Shown here: positions 36,749 to 47,748 of the stretch, piece by piece | Layout: each line of letters starts with the position of its first letter | Numbering within the stretch: the stretch's first letter is position 1 | Assembly: GCA_016198685.1 (NCBI GenBank) | Contig: JACQID010000004.1 | Location: forward strand, 117,864 to 181,863 | Direction: 5' to 3' | DNA from: Candidatus Aenigmatarchaeota archaeon | GTDB taxonomy: Archaea > Aenigmatarchaeota > Aenigmatarchaeia > GW2011-AR5 | DNA length: 64,000 nt | Notes under the pieces: generated by a model | What the model was told of the DNA's origin: nothing | What the model saw: the letters and a program-made list of their open reading frames with translations, nothing else | The model's database searches: none | Made by a program: the position numbers and the translations under genes

Positions 36749-37957
36749 CTATTTTTTGTTTTTATTATTTTTCATTAGATTATGTTCTTCCTGTTTTGAC
36801 AGTATCAGTACCATCAAAGTCGTATAAACTATGCTCAGGAAGACAACGCTCATAACTATCTTGGAAAACAGGTCTGCATCAGGAATCGTATATAATATAG
36901 GCAATTGTGTCAGAAGTACAGGGATAAAGTCCTTAGGGACCATGATGCGCATGACATTTTTCTCATAAACGCTCAATTTGGCTCCTATCGTGCTTGCATT
37001 AACTGCAAGGAATCTAGCTAATATAACGGCAAGCGCTACGGCATGACCTATCAGGAGCGTTTCCTGGTTCAAGGAGACAACCATTCCTATGTAAACGAAG
37101 AAGAACGACCTTACAAAGAAGGATATTTCTGACTGGAAATTCTTGAGTAGATGGTTGACTGTGAATTTTTTCTGGGTTTTCAGTATCTCGGAGAACGTAG
37201 AGGCGTTGCCCAGAACTATTCCGAACAATAGGGCGGCAATGGCCCCGCTTCCGCCGGCGTATTCTGTGAAGGTATACAGAAGCAGAAGCGCCCCTAAAGT
37301 AAGCATATAGTCAAACTGCCTGCCTTTTAGGTCATCCAAAACAAATAACCAGATAATTCCGGCAGCGAGGCCAAGCATTGCCCCTACTGAAAAGACGCTG
37401 AGAACGCCGCTCACTGGGTTACTGACCATGCCGCCTGTCATGATGCTCATGACTGCAAGTGAAAGCACTATGACCATGGGGTCGCTGAATATGGACTCAA
37501 AATCTATTATGGCCCGTACATTACCTCTTATCTTAAGCTTTGTAACAAGCGGCACTACTATCGCCGAGCTGCTGCCGGCAAGAAGGCAGCCGATAAGCAA
37601 TGAAGGAAGAAATCCTAGACCAAATAGGATGCAGATGCCTGTTATAGCAGCTATGGAGAAGCCTGCAGTAAGCACGGAAAGCAGCATGCTCCGTGAGAAC
37701 TGCCTCACCATCTGATAGAAGTTTATGTTGAGACCGGCATCAAACAATATCATGAACAGCGCAACTGACGCGAGGAAACCTGATATCGAAAAGAAGAATG
37801 ATGTGTCTATTATTTTGAAGGTTGAGACAAGATAGCCAAAGAGTATGAGCCAAAGAACATCAGGTATCTTTGTTTTCTCAAAAATTATAGAACCTGCATA
37901 GCCAATTATGATTGTCAGTCCCGCAATCACCATCAGCCCCGGGACATCAAACGCCAT
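36749..37957 (-). CDS. Na+/H+ (cation:proton) antiporter, NhaP/CPA1-like
   Basis: 402 aa, polytopic. N-terminus GLTIIIGYAGSIIFEKTKIPDVLWLILFGYL is typical of NhaP. Confidence 0.65.
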   Translation of the reverse strand: MAFDVPGLMVIAGLTIIIGYAGSIIFEKTKIPDVLWLILFGYLVSTFKIIDTSFFFSISGFLASVALFMILFDAGLNINFYQMVRQFSRSMLLSVLTAGFSIAAITGICILFGLGFLPSLLIGCLLAGSSSAIVVPLVTKLKIRGNVRAIIDFESIFSDPMVIVLSLAVMSIMTGGMVSNPVSGVLSVFSVGAMLGLAAGIIWLFVLDDLKGRQFDYMLTLGALLLLYTFTEYAGGSGAIAALLFGIVLGNASTFSEILKTQKKFTVNHLLKNFQSEISFFVRSFFFVYIGMVVSLNQETLLIGHAVALAVILARFLAVNASTIGAKLSVYEKNVMRIMVPKDFIPVLLTQLPILYTIPDADLFSKIVMSVVFLSIVYTTLMVLILSKQEEHNLMKNNKNKK

Positions 37958-38027
37958 GAAGTTAATCTTAACTCAACCGATATATAAACGGCTTGGCACC
38001 TTCGCATAGAGTTTCGTTCTTGCTTTT

Positions 38028-38933
38028 CTATATCATCCCGATCTCTGTGAGGTATTCTTGAACGGCTTTCTGAAGCGTGTATTTTGATTTGAAACCCAGG
38101 AGTTTTTGCGCGTTTTCAGTAGATGCCTGGGTGTTATTCTGGTATCCGTTCTTGTACGGATTGTCTATGTATTCGGGTTCGAGATCTTTGCCCAACACTT
38201 CATTCAAAATAGCAACGACGTCGTTAAAGCTTGTGGCCTTGCCAGTGCCTACGTTGACTATGCAGCTCTCCTTGGCTTTCATGGCCATCACGTTAGCTTG
38301 CACGACGTCTTTAACGTAGATATGATCCCTCATCTGTTCGCCGTATTTGAAAATTTTAGGCCTCTTGTCTGCGGCCATCTGCAATGCAAGCTGGTATATC
38401 ATGCTCGCCGCCTTCTTCTTGTAGAGTTCGCGCGGTCCGAAAACGTTGAAATAGCGCAAGCCTATGATTTTTATTCCGCTGTTCCAGTGCCTTTTTGCAA
38501 GATTATCCATGGCAAGTTTTGAAGACCCATAACTGTTCAAAGGCGAGCTTTGGCCTTCTTTCATCGGCACAGGCCCATTGCCGTAGACGCCCGCGGATGA
38601 TGCATACACAAGGTTTATGCCTTTTGTAATCGCATAGTCAAGGACATTGCGGAATCCTTCCACATTGACTGAAAAAACCGTGCCTTGATCTGTTATTGTG
38701 GTGTCTGTTATGGCTGCCTGATGAAATATAATATCAGGCTCTGAAATTTTTGCTATTGTTGCGCTATCACGTATATCGCCATTTATAATGTTGCCGTCAA
38801 AGCCTTCAAGATTTTTGTCGTCAGTGGAAGAAAAATTATCAAGGACCGATACTTCATTGCCATCCTGCAACGATACGGCAAGGTTGCTTCCGACGAAGCC
38901 CGCGCCTCCTGTGACGAGAACTTTCATAATCAT
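38028..38933 (-). CDS. NAD-dependent sugar-nucleotide epimerase, HldD-like
   Basis: VTGGAGFVGSN Rossmann motif. YASSAGVYG and RYFNVFGPRE resemble ADP-L-glycero-D-manno-heptose 6-epimerase. Confidence 0.7.
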   Translation of the reverse strand: MIMKVLVTGGAGFVGSNLAVSLQDGNEVSVLDNFSSTDDKNLEGFDGNIINGDIRDSATIAKISEPDIIFHQAAITDTTITDQGTVFSVNVEGFRNVLDYAITKGINLVYASSAGVYGNGPVPMKEGQSSPLNSYGSSKLAMDNLAKRHWNSGIKIIGLRYFNVFGPRELYKKKAASMIYQLALQMAADKRPKIFKYGEQMRDHIYVKDVVQANVMAMKAKESCIVNVGTGKATSFNDVVAILNEVLGKDLEPEYIDNPYKNGYQNNTQASTENAQKLLGFKSKYTLQKAVQEYLTEIGMI

Positions 38934-38966
38934 AATTTCCAGAAAGGCTTATATATTGAGAAGCTC

Positions 38967-40043
38967 CTAGAAATATTCTTTGACTCTTTCGAAGAAACCT
39001 TTTTTCGTTTCCGCATTTTTTTCAAAAGCACCGCGTATGCCATCCTCCTGTTGTCTTGTGAGCTTCTTGGGTATTTCGACAACGACTCTAACCATTTGGT
39101 CACCGCGTTTTGCCGAGCCTGGGGTTGGCATGCCTTCTCCTTTCATGCGGAATATAGTATGGCTTTGCGTCCCTGGCGGTATAATAAGCTTCGCTTTGCC
39201 GTCAATTGTCTGGACATCCACTTCTCCCCCAAGCATGGCAGTGCCAAGATCAATGTATACTGTGCAGTAAAGATTATTGCCTTCGCGTTCGAAGATACTG
39301 TGCTCTTTTACCCGGATGAGAACATACAGGTCGCCGTATGGCCCGCCATTCTCGCCTGGTCCGCCTTCGCCTGTGAATCTTATGTACTGGCCATCGTCCG
39401 CTCCGGCCGGTATTTCAATTTCCATTTCCTTCTCAATCTGGCTGCCACCCGAGCCTCCGCATTCACGGCAAACTTTCTCTGCCATCTTGCCGGTTCCGCG
39501 GCACCTCGTGCATGTGGTGACGCTGATGAACTGTCCAAGAAAACTCCGTTGCACCCTCTTTATTTCGCCTGAACCATGGCACTCATTGCATGTTTTGAGT
39601 ATGCTTGCGCCTGTGCCTTTGCATGTGCGGCATTCCTCAAAGTGCGGAAATCTTATCTTTTTTGTGATGCCGTCAAATGCCTGCTCGAGGGTCATTTCAA
39701 TATCATATCTCAGGTCGCTGCCTTTTCGTTTTTTCTGCGTCTGACTGAATCCAAATGACTCGAAAATATCCTCAAAGCCTCTGCCAAATATGTCTTCAAA
39801 TCCCGCTCCTGAAGAAGCCTGTCCGTTCGGAGCTGACCCGAACTGGTCGTAATGCTTTCTTTTTTCCGGCTCGCCGAGCGTCTGGAAAGCCTCATTGATT
39901 TCCTTGAACCTCGCTTCTGCTCCAGTATTCTTGCTTACGTCCGGATGCCATTCGCGAGCGAGCTTCCTGAATGCCTTCTTTATTTCCTCCTGTGTTGCGT
40001 TTCTTGAAACGCCGAGTGTTTCATAATAATCCTTGGCGACCAT
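38967..40043 (-). CDS. dnaJ: chaperone DnaJ
   Basis: Start moved to ATG 40043 (MVAKDYYETLGV...). J-domain with HPD. G/F region. Four CxxCxGxG zinc repeats. Confidence 0.9.
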   Translation of the reverse strand: MVAKDYYETLGVSRNATQEEIKKAFRKLAREWHPDVSKNTGAEARFKEINEAFQTLGEPEKRKHYDQFGSAPNGQASSGAGFEDIFGRGFEDIFESFGFSQTQKKRKGSDLRYDIEMTLEQAFDGITKKIRFPHFEECRTCKGTGASILKTCNECHGSGEIKRVQRSFLGQFISVTTCTRCRGTGKMAEKVCRECGGSGGSQIEKEMEIEIPAGADDGQYIRFTGEGGPGENGGPYGDLYVLIRVKEHSIFEREGNNLYCTVYIDLGTAMLGGEVDVQTIDGKAKLIIPPGTQSHTIFRMKGEGMPTPGSAKRGDQMVRVVVEIPKKLTRQQEDGIRGAFEKNAETKKGFFERVKEYF

Positions 40044-40114
40044 AGCAATTGTTATTTTATACCGAAATGGCTTAATTAGTAACAGAATGCCCTGTAAAGG
40101 CTTGCCACCCATTT

Positions 40115-40693
40115 ATGAAAACTATTAGTGAGATTAATGGGATTATACATATGCGATTCTTCGATTCCTCTTTCGGCGAAATCCTTACGTCACAGATAGC
40201 ATCTGTCGGAGGCGGCCTCATAGCCGGTACGATTCTTGCCCTTTATACCGATAAATTGCTCCTGCTTCCAGGAATGCTTGTCCTTATACCGGGATTCTTG
40301 GAGATGCGGGGGAACATAAGCGGCTCTTTTTCATCACGCCTGACATCCGGTCTCTTTCTGGGCGCAATAAAGCCAAAAAATCTATGGTCAAGCATTGTAA
40401 AAGGCAATCTTGTGGCTTCTTTCATTCAGGCTTTATTCATTTCTCTATCCCTCGGAATTATCGCATTCGTTTTCAATTACCTAATTTTCGGTGTTTCGTC
40501 TTTGCAAATAATTGCTATTCCCGTTATTGCCGGCGCCATAGCAAATGCAATAGAAATACCGCTTGCACTTTTTGCGACATTCTACTTATTCCGGAAAGGC
40601 CATGATCCGAACAACGTCATGGGCCCGCTTATCACGTCTACGGGCGATGTGATAAGCATAGTCTCGCTTCTTGCAGCCGTGGCGATAATATGA
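40115..40693 (+). CDS. MgtE transmembrane-domain-only protein (no cytoplasmic CBS domains), copy 1
   Basis: PGFLEMRGNISGS ... GHDPNNVMGPLITSTGDVISIVSLL matches the MgtE integral-membrane domain. Confidence 0.6.
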   Translation: MKTISEINGIIHMRFFDSSFGEILTSQIASVGGGLIAGTILALYTDKLLLLPGMLVLIPGFLEMRGNISGSFSSRLTSGLFLGAIKPKNLWSSIVKGNLVASFIQALFISLSLGIIAFVFNYLIFGVSSLQIIAIPVIAGAIANAIEIPLALFATFYLFRKGHDPNNVMGPLITSTGDVISIVSLLAAVAII

Positions 40694-41400
40694 TTCTTTC
40701 TAAAAAGCGTTTTCTGGCAAGACACCTCCAAAGCCTGCGGAAAATAAAGAAAGGCCGTACCCATCCGCTTCTGTATCATATTCACAAAAAATATGGCATA
40801 TCGAAGAAAACGCTCTTCTATATGCAGGAATATGGACCCCATTCTAACGTGATGGCAACTATATTAAAGGAGAGCACGAAGATGCTGCTTTTTGCGTCAA
40901 TATTAAGTTCATTGGGCGGCCTTTCCTTGGAGGCTATAAGGCCGCTCTTGCTTTCGGTAATGCCGTTACTGATACTTCTGCCAGCGTTAAGCGATATGAT
41001 AGGCGATTATGGTATTATATTCTCCTCAAAGCTGGCTACAATGCTGCATGAAGGTCGCATAGGCAAAAAGTGGTGGAATAACAGTGATTTGAGAAGATTA
41101 CTCTGCCAGATTCTGATAATATCCATTCTCACTGCGTTCATTAGCTCGGTTGCGGCCCTTGCCATATCATGGGCATTCGGTTATGAACTTACATTTCTTC
41201 TCGCAACCAAGATAATGGCGATAAGCCTCCTTGATACAATCTTCCTGGTGTCCGTTCTCTTCGTAGTAGCGATTACTGCGGGCATTCATTACTTCAGAAA
41301 GAAGGAAGACCCGAACAACTTTTTGATACCCATAACGACGTCAGTTGCAGACTTTGGTAATATGATAGTTTTATCACTACTCGTGCTCTTTTTCTTCTAG
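40690..41400 (+). CDS. MgtE transmembrane-domain-only protein, copy 2
   Basis: EDPNNFLIPITTSVADFGNMIVLSLL. Start overlaps the copy 1 stop (ATGA). Confidence 0.6.
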   Translation: MILSKKRFLARHLQSLRKIKKGRTHPLLYHIHKKYGISKKTLFYMQEYGPHSNVMATILKESTKMLLFASILSSLGGLSLEAIRPLLLSVMPLLILLPALSDMIGDYGIIFSSKLATMLHEGRIGKKWWNNSDLRRLLCQILIISILTAFISSVAALAISWAFGYELTFLLATKIMAISLLDTIFLVSVLFVVAITAGIHYFRKKEDPNNFLIPITTSVADFGNMIVLSLLVLFFF

Positions 41401-41928
41401 GCTTGTTTCCCTTTGTTCCTTTAGAATCTCAAATAATGCGCGGATATGCTTTGTTGAGATATTGCGCTCGGCATTCTGCCAGAAATCCTCGAGATAGGCG
41501 CCATGCTTTTTTTCATATTCCAATGCCTGCAAAGTCATTTCCAGCTTGTCGATGTCATGCACGAACAGCGATTCAGGCGTTTTCCTTTCCTCGTACTCAT
41601 GCCATAGATTGATGATTTCCTTATCATCCAGATCCCTGAGAAGCGTTTCAAACGCTTTCTCTTCTTTTTCATGTTTTTCGTTCTTGGCGATGCCATCTTC
41701 CGGCGTTATGTCGCCGACTATGGATTCGGCTAAATCATGGACAAGCGCCATTTTCATCGTTCTTTCCTTGTTGACACCGGCCATATCCGCGAGAACGAAA
41801 GCGGCCAACGATGCCATGAAGCTGTGTTCAGCGACAGACTCGGGATTAGGGACTTTCCTGAGCACCCAACCTGCACGTTTGACCTTCTTTAGCTTGGCTG
41901 CGTTTTCCAGAAATTTTATTACATCCAT
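41377..41928 (-). CDS. HD-domain phosphohydrolase (YfbR-like 5'-deoxynucleotidase family)
   Basis: Start moved to ATG 41928 (MDVIKFLENAAKLKKVKRAGW...). ESVAEHSFM and LVHDLAESIVGDITP form the HD motif. Confidence 0.75.
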   Translation of the reverse strand: MDVIKFLENAAKLKKVKRAGWVLRKVPNPESVAEHSFMASLAAFVLADMAGVNKERTMKMALVHDLAESIVGDITPEDGIAKNEKHEKEEKAFETLLRDLDDKEIINLWHEYEERKTPESLFVHDIDKLEMTLQALEYEKKHGAYLEDFWQNAERNISTKHIRALFEILKEQRETSLEEKEHE

Positions 41929-42036
41929 TAGTATACGAATATAGAGAAAGCTTAAACACCAAATTCTGTAACATTGATAATGCAAAAATTCGGCATGTAA
42001 GCCGCTCCTTAAGACGATTTCTCTTTAAACTGGAAA

Positions 42037-42603
42037 TCAGAATTTGACTTTGACATCCTTTCTTTCGTGTTCCGAGGCGACGAAGAGTTCTTCATCCTTG
42101 TAGCCAAGCATGTTGGCGAAGAACATGTCAGGGAATGTATGGATTTTTATGTTGTAAGTATTCACGCTGTCGTTGTAGAACTCCCTGCGGTCCGCAAGTT
42201 CGTTCTCAATTCCGCTTATCCTGTTCTGGAGCTGCACAAAATTTTCGTTTGCCCTGAGTTTGGGATAATTCTCTGCTACTGCAAAAATCGTCTTCAAGGC
42301 ATCGGTTATCATGTTGTCAGCTTCGGCTTTCTGTGACGTGGTTTTGGCCTTCAAGAATTGGGTTCTTGCCTTGGTAAGGTCTATAAGCGTGCTCTTTTCG
42401 TGTTTCATATACCCTTTTACAGATTCTATGAGCTTGGGCAATTCATCGCTTCTTTGCTTGAGTAAAACATCTATGTTAGACCGGGATTTCTTTATGTTAT
42501 TATGCAGTGTGACGAGTGCATTGTATATTGCTATAATGAACAGAGCGAAACCTATTACAAAGAAGCCTATCACGGCCAAAATTACCATGTCAATGCCCGG
42601 CAT
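42037..42603 (-). CDS. LemA family protein
   Basis: N-terminal TM. YNALVTLHNNIKKSRSNIDVLLKQR...VKGYMKHEKSTL...ENYPKLRANENFVQLQ...FPDMFFANMLGY. Confidence 0.85.
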   Translation of the reverse strand: MPGIDMVILAVIGFFVIGFALFIIAIYNALVTLHNNIKKSRSNIDVLLKQRSDELPKLIESVKGYMKHEKSTLIDLTKARTQFLKAKTTSQKAEADNMITDALKTIFAVAENYPKLRANENFVQLQNRISGIENELADRREFYNDSVNTYNIKIHTFPDMFFANMLGYKDEELFVASEHERKDVKVKF

Positions 42604-42621
42604 CCGATTCCCTTTAATCTC

Positions 42622-43431
42622 TTATAACAGACCGAGATATAAAAGCGTTATTGCAAGGCCGCCCACAGCCATAATTGCGCCTCCTGCAGTACTTGCCGCG
42701 ACTTTCCACGCCATAGAAGAAACTACGTCTTTCTCATGCTTGTCCGAGATATAAAAGAAATTCTCCCCTTTTTGTATCATTATGTCTTCCTCATTCTTCA
42801 TTCCTCTGCCTTCCTCTATATGCGGGTTGTCTGCGGCAGTTCCCATGATGTAAACCTTGTCGCCGGGAGCTATGAAGTATTCCCGGTACCTCATGGTTGA
42901 ATTTATCCCGAAGAGCCCTTCAAATCCCAGAGCGCTGGATTTCAAAAATTTCTTGACCCTTGCCGGCGGGTCTTTTCCGAATCCTGAATCGCAATGGTAA
43001 TCCATGGGAACGTCTACTTCGGCTCCTTTAGGATTAACAAGAACAGAACCCGTTTCATCCTTGACAAAAAAAGGCACTCCGCTGTCACCATTCTTGACAA
43101 GCGCCCAGTAATGGTGCTTGCCGCTTGTCCTGTATTCTTCGATTGTATACCTATACCAGACGCATTTCCTGCCGGAAAAAGGGCTTTCCATGATATTTTT
43201 TTCTGCCGGCAATGCCTTGCCGTGGACTTCAACAGGACCCATGGCCATTGACCTTATTTTTGACGTAGGGGTATTTTGTATCATCTGTCTTCTTTTCAGA
43301 AGAGTAAACCCGTGGAAGAAAAGCCCGGTTCCTATGATGATGCCGCCAACGCCCAGCAACAAAATTCTCCCGTCCCAGTCACTATGCATGACGATGTTGG
43401 TACTATACGCAAAAGCCTGTGATTCCTGCAT
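42622..43431 (-). CDS. membrane protein with TM helices at both ends flanking a soluble domain (GIDE-like?), LemA partner
   Basis: Start moved to ATG 43431 because the track start is TTG. Hydrophobic helices near both termini. Directly downstream of LemA. Confidence 0.4.
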   Translation of the reverse strand: MQESQAFAYSTNIVMHSDWDGRILLLGVGGIIIGTGLFFHGFTLLKRRQMIQNTPTSKIRSMAMGPVEVHGKALPAEKNIMESPFSGRKCVWYRYTIEEYRTSGKHHYWALVKNGDSGVPFFVKDETGSVLVNPKGAEVDVPMDYHCDSGFGKDPPARVKKFLKSSALGFEGLFGINSTMRYREYFIAPGDKVYIMGTAADNPHIEEGRGMKNEEDIMIQKGENFFYISDKHEKDVVSSMAWKVAASTAGGAIMAVGGLAITLLYLGLL

Positions 43432-43484
43432 GATATATAAGATGCCGCAGGGCAATATTAATCTTTGACCGTCCTTTATGATTT

Positions 43485-43943
43485 ATGCTGAAAGTTTTTC
43501 TGGCGCTTCTTATTTTCTCCCCGGCGTTTGCCCATCTTGATGCAGGACAGGACGTTGCAGTAGGTGGCTATCTTGCGGATTTTGGCCATTCTCCTGGCAA
43601 TATCAGTTCAGGAGAGAGCGGCATATTGGCTTTCAACCTTGCGAACGTAACAACCGGAGATGCATTAATACCGCAGAACGTATGGGTGAGGATATCCAAG
43701 GGCGATGATGTCACATTTGCAGGCAGTTTTGCGCCGCATGGCGGAAGCGTCACGTTTACATACCTTTTTCCGGAAGCCGGCGTATATACCATTAAAGCCC
43801 GTTATTTCGGCAACGAAAGCATTCTTGCAGAAGCGGATTTTGCAGTGCGAATCGAAGAAAGAGCGTCTGATAATACTTTTACAACTGCATTTTTATTCCT
43901 GCTCGGACTTTTTGTTGTAATCTTATATACGGGAAGATATTAA
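43485..43943 (+). CDS. secreted protein with signal peptide and C-terminal membrane anchor
   Basis: MLKVFLALLIFSPAFAHL signal peptide. C-terminal FTTAFLFLLGLFVVILYTGRY. Confidence 0.4.
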   Translation: MLKVFLALLIFSPAFAHLDAGQDVAVGGYLADFGHSPGNISSGESGILAFNLANVTTGDALIPQNVWVRISKGDDVTFAGSFAPHGGSVTFTYLFPEAGVYTIKARYFGNESILAEADFAVRIEERASDNTFTTAFLFLLGLFVVILYTGRY

Positions 43944-44370
43944 TAGTTTTGTACTTACTATAAAGTAATGACTATAAATTTAACAGAAATGCAAGCTTGC
44001 CGGGATAAAACTGCGCCGGAAGAGTGCATAAAAAATGGCGGGCATTATCCAACATACTGGAAAGGCGAGCAACCAGGTTACAGCCCTATACCGCCCATGG
44101 ATATGTATGATTGTCTTGGATGCCTAACGACCGTAGCCGTGCCAAGGGGCTTGGATTTGCCCTACGTAGGAATGGTGAGCGATCCGTCTGATCCGCAAAT
44201 AACGCACTTCGTCTACAAGCTGATTTAGGCTTTGCGAAGAAAGCGACGCGTGCATTGTATGACAGCGCATAACCAAATGTTTGCGCGGCACAACTTTCAC
44301 CATGCGTTTTCTTAATGTAAATGGCATGCATGAAAAAAACGCTTAAGTCAAAGAAGGCACAATTAGCTAT

Positions 44371-45897
44371 ATGATATTCTTCGCGTCCGCATTTGCAGCA
44401 GTTCTATTTTTCGTATCCGTTCTCGGAGCGCTCTTTGCGGTGCCCATTCTTGCAGGAAATATTTCGTTCTCTCTTGCCGCAATCATTACGCTGGCTTTCA
44501 TTGTCGCGTTATGCCTGGCAGCTCCGGTCATCCTTGACAGAATCTTCGCTCGTTTTTACGGTCTTCAATTCATAAGCCTTTCAGAGCTACGTCTCAGGAG
44601 CCCTGCATCAGCGTCGTTCATAGAAGAAGCGTGCAAGAGGCATTCATGGAAAGTTCCGCGTCTTGCACTCATAAAAGAGCCAAGCCCTAACTCTTTTGTG
44701 TACGGTCACGGAATATGGAATGCAAGGCTTGCAGTTACAGAAGGCCTATTAAATAACCTCGATGAGAATGAGCGCGTTTCCGTTTATGCGCATGAAATGG
44801 GGCATCTGAAGAACAGGGATTTTATACTGATGACGCCTATGGCAGCCCTGCTTCAACTATTTTTTGAACTCTGCCTGCGTTTCAAATTTCTTGCACTGCC
44901 TTTGCAGGGCATACGCATGGTGCTTGAGTTTGCCGTCCTGCCTCTAAGCCGCGAGAAAGAATATCTTGCTGATGAATATGCATCTCATGAAACGCATCAT
45001 AACCATCTGGCGATGGCCCTGCTGAAAATATCCTACGGTATAGCGCACTCCGAAAGCAGGCGCCTTGCCGATTCGGCGAGATACATGGGCATAATGGATG
45101 CCCAAAGCGCAGCTTCCGGTGGCATAGCGTATCATAATGCAAAGAACTCCCGCAGCTTTGAATCTCTCAAGAGGAGCTTGTCGCACGATTTCACAAACCC
45201 TTGGGCGTCATTTGCAGAGCTGGGCCTAGCACATCCGCTTCTTGGCAAAAGGCTCAAGCGGCTTTCGGGTTTTTTCAAGGATGCGGCACTTGATTTCGAT
45301 GCAATGGAAACGAATCTGAAAGAAGGAAAGATGCAGCCCGCTTTTGCCAAAGATATCTTCTCCTTGGCGTTCCCATTTTGCCTTTCAGCCGGCTTTCCTC
45401 TCTTATATTTATTGTTGGCATTTGCCGGTATTCCCTTTCGTCTGGGCGATCTGGCAGGCGGCTGGCTTATAAGTGCAGGGATCGCAAGCGTTCTTTTGAC
45501 AATGTACAAATACCCTTCTGGAGTGCCGCGTGCAGTAACTGCCGCCGAACTCGCGCTTTATCCTAATGCGTCTCCTGTACACGGAAAATTAGTATCCTTA
45601 AGGGGCAGATTATTGGATGGAATTATCGCCATAGGAAACGTTTTTCAGGATAAAACAGGCTTTCTTCGCGTTGATTACAAAAGCAATATGCCTAGCTTCC
45701 TAGGACCTTCGTGCAAGGAACTTGCAGGCAAATATGCTAAGGTCACAGGCTGGTTTACTCATGACACCTGCGGAACGCTAATAGTCGATACAGTTGAATC
45801 CCCGGAAGGCAAGGCGAACAGTTTCGTAAAATCAGCATGCCTAATGGAAGCTGCAGTGCTAATGATTGCCGGAATAATTGTTTTTCTAATTCACTGA
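44371..45897 (+). CDS. M48 family zinc metallopeptidase (HtpX-like) with extra C-terminal TM/soluble region
   Basis: HEMGH (HExxH) in VYAHEMGHLKNRD. N-terminal TM helices. 508 aa. Confidence 0.7.
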   Translation: MIFFASAFAAVLFFVSVLGALFAVPILAGNISFSLAAIITLAFIVALCLAAPVILDRIFARFYGLQFISLSELRLRSPASASFIEEACKRHSWKVPRLALIKEPSPNSFVYGHGIWNARLAVTEGLLNNLDENERVSVYAHEMGHLKNRDFILMTPMAALLQLFFELCLRFKFLALPLQGIRMVLEFAVLPLSREKEYLADEYASHETHHNHLAMALLKISYGIAHSESRRLADSARYMGIMDAQSAASGGIAYHNAKNSRSFESLKRSLSHDFTNPWASFAELGLAHPLLGKRLKRLSGFFKDAALDFDAMETNLKEGKMQPAFAKDIFSLAFPFCLSAGFPLLYLLLAFAGIPFRLGDLAGGWLISAGIASVLLTMYKYPSGVPRAVTAAELALYPNASPVHGKLVSLRGRLLDGIIAIGNVFQDKTGFLRVDYKSNMPSFLGPSCKELAGKYAKVTGWFTHDTCGTLIVDTVESPEGKANSFVKSACLMEAAVLMIAGIIVFLIH

Positions 45898-45903
45898 GAA
45901 GGC

Positions 45904-47748
45904 TTATTTACCTTCCTTCTTGAATTCGCCGTCAACTATGTTTTCGTCTTTGTTGTTTTGCGTTTTTTCTTCTGTTGTGCTCTGTGGCGCGCCACTCTGC
46001 GCCTGCTGATAAATCGAGGCTCCTGCTTCCTGCACTACTTTCTGGAGCTTTTCCATCTCCTGTTTTATCGCTGCCGTGTCCCTGCCGTTCATGGCATCCT
46101 TGGTAGACTTGAGCGCTGCTTCCATCTTCGTTTTCTGCTCGCTTGCCAGCTTGTCCGATAGTTCCGAAAGCGTCTTCTCGGCCATGTATATCATGGAATC
46201 TGCGTTGTTTCTTACTTCAATTTCTTCCTTTTTTCTTTTATCCTCTTCCTCATGCTCTTTTGCCGACTTGACCATCCTCTCAATTTCTTTATCATTGAGT
46301 TTTGTTGAAGATGTTATGGTCATCTTCTGCTCTTTTTGGGTTCCAAGGTCCTTTGCAGACACGTTCAGTATGCCAGAAGCATCTATGTCAAACGTGACTT
46401 CTATTTGCGGCACGCCACGAGGTGCAGGCGGTAATCCTACAAGGTTGAACTGCCCCAAACTTGTGTTGTCCGAAGCAAGCGGTCTTTCGCCCTGCAATAC
46501 GTGTATCGTGACAGCGGTCTGGCTGTCGGCGGCTGTTGAAAATACCTGGCTTTTCTTTGTCGGAATTGTTGTGTTTCTGTCAATGAGCGGCGTCATCACG
46601 CCGCCGAGAGTTTCAATGCCAAGAGTGAGCGGCGTCACGTCAAGCAGTACCATATCCTTGACGTCGCCTGCGAGTATGCCTCCTTGTATTGCAGCGCCCA
46701 TGGCTACGCATTCCATCGGGTCTATCGTTCTTTCGACTTTCTTGCCCACTTTTTCTTCCAGGAATTTCTGGATTACGGGCATTCGTGTAGGTCCGCCTAC
46801 TAGAACGATCTTCGAGATATCAGAAGGCGAGAGCTTTGCATCGCTAAGCGCCTGATCCACCGGGTGCGCGCATCTGTCTATAATAGGCTGTATAAGCTGC
46901 TCGAGTTTTGCTCTGGATATCTTGAGGGAAAGGTGCTTGGGTCCGTTGGCATCCGCCGTTACATAAGGCAGGTTTATTTCCGTTTCAAGAGTAGTTGAAA
47001 GCTCTATCTTTGCTTTCTCACCAGCCTCGCGCACACGCTGCATGGCCATCTTGTCCTTTTTCAGGTCAGATCCTTCCTGTTTCTTGAATTCCTCGCATAT
47101 CCAATCTATAATGGCGGTATCCATGTCAGTCCCGCCTAGGCTCGTGTCGCCTGATGTTGAAAGCACGTTGAATGTTCCGTCGCCGAATTCCATTATCGTG
47201 ACGTCAAGTGTGCCCCCACCAAGGTCAAAAACTAGTATCTTGTGTTCTCCTTCCTTGTCAAGGCCATAGGCCATGCTTGCCGCCGTAGGCTCGTTGACAA
47301 GCCTGACAACATCAAGGCCTGCTATTTTTCCGGCATCCTTGGTTGCTGTACGTTGGTTATCGTTAAAGTATGCTGGTACTGTTATGACTACTTTTGTCAC
47401 CTTTTCTCCCAGAAATGCTTCGGCATCCGCCTTGATTTTCTGGAGTATGAATGCTGAAATCTGCTGCGGCGTATATTCCTTGCCATTGATGCTATACCTA
47501 TGGTCTGTGCCCATCTTTCTTTTTGCAGTGAATACCGTGCCTTCAGGATTGGAGACAGCCTGCCTTCTTGCAGGTTCCCCTACAAGCAATTGACTGTCTT
47601 TAGCGAATGCCACTACAGACGGAAACATTTTCCCAGCAACTGTTGCGCCCTCTGCTGAGGGAATGATCGTGGGTTTGCCCCCCATCATTACAGCAGCCTG
47701 TGAGTTTGATGTTCCCAAATCTATGCCTATTATTCTTTCTTTAGCCAT
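45904..47748 (-). CDS. dnaK: chaperone DnaK (Hsp70)
   Basis: Start at ATG 47748 ([16 protein letters not shown]). [11 protein letters not shown]. Full-length Hsp70. Confidence 0.95.
   Translation of the reverse strand: MAKERIIGIDLGTSNSQAAVMMGGKPTIIPSAEGATVAGKMFPSVVAFAKDSQLLVGEPARRQAVSNPEGTVFTAKRKMGTDHRYSINGKEYTPQQISAFILQKIKADAEAFLGEKVTKVVITVPAYFNDNQRTATKDAGKIAGLDVVRLVNEPTAASMAYGLDKEGEHKILVFDLGGGTLDVTIMEFGDGTFNVLSTSGDTSLGGTDMDTAIIDWICEEFKKQEGSDLKKDKMAMQRVREAGEKAKIELSTTLETEINLPYVTADANGPKHLSLKISRAKLEQLIQPIIDRCAHPVDQALSDAKLSPSDISKIVLVGGPTRMPVIQKFLEEKVGKKVERTIDPMECVAMGAAIQGGILAGDVKDMVLLDVTPLTLGIETLGGVMTPLIDRNTTIPTKKSQVFSTAADSQTAVTIHVLQGERPLASDNTSLGQFNLVGLPPAPRGVPQIEVTFDIDASGILNVSAKDLGTQKEQKMTITSSTKLNDKEIERMVKSAKEHEEEDKRKKEEIEVRNNADSMIYMAEKTLSELSDKLASEQKTKMEAALKSTKDAMNGRDTAAIKQEMEKLQKVVQEAGASIYQQAQSGAPQSTTEEKTQNNKDENIVDGEFKKEGK

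Noticed and set aside
46076-46855. 259-aa plus-strand ORF
   Set aside because: It is antisense to dnaK.
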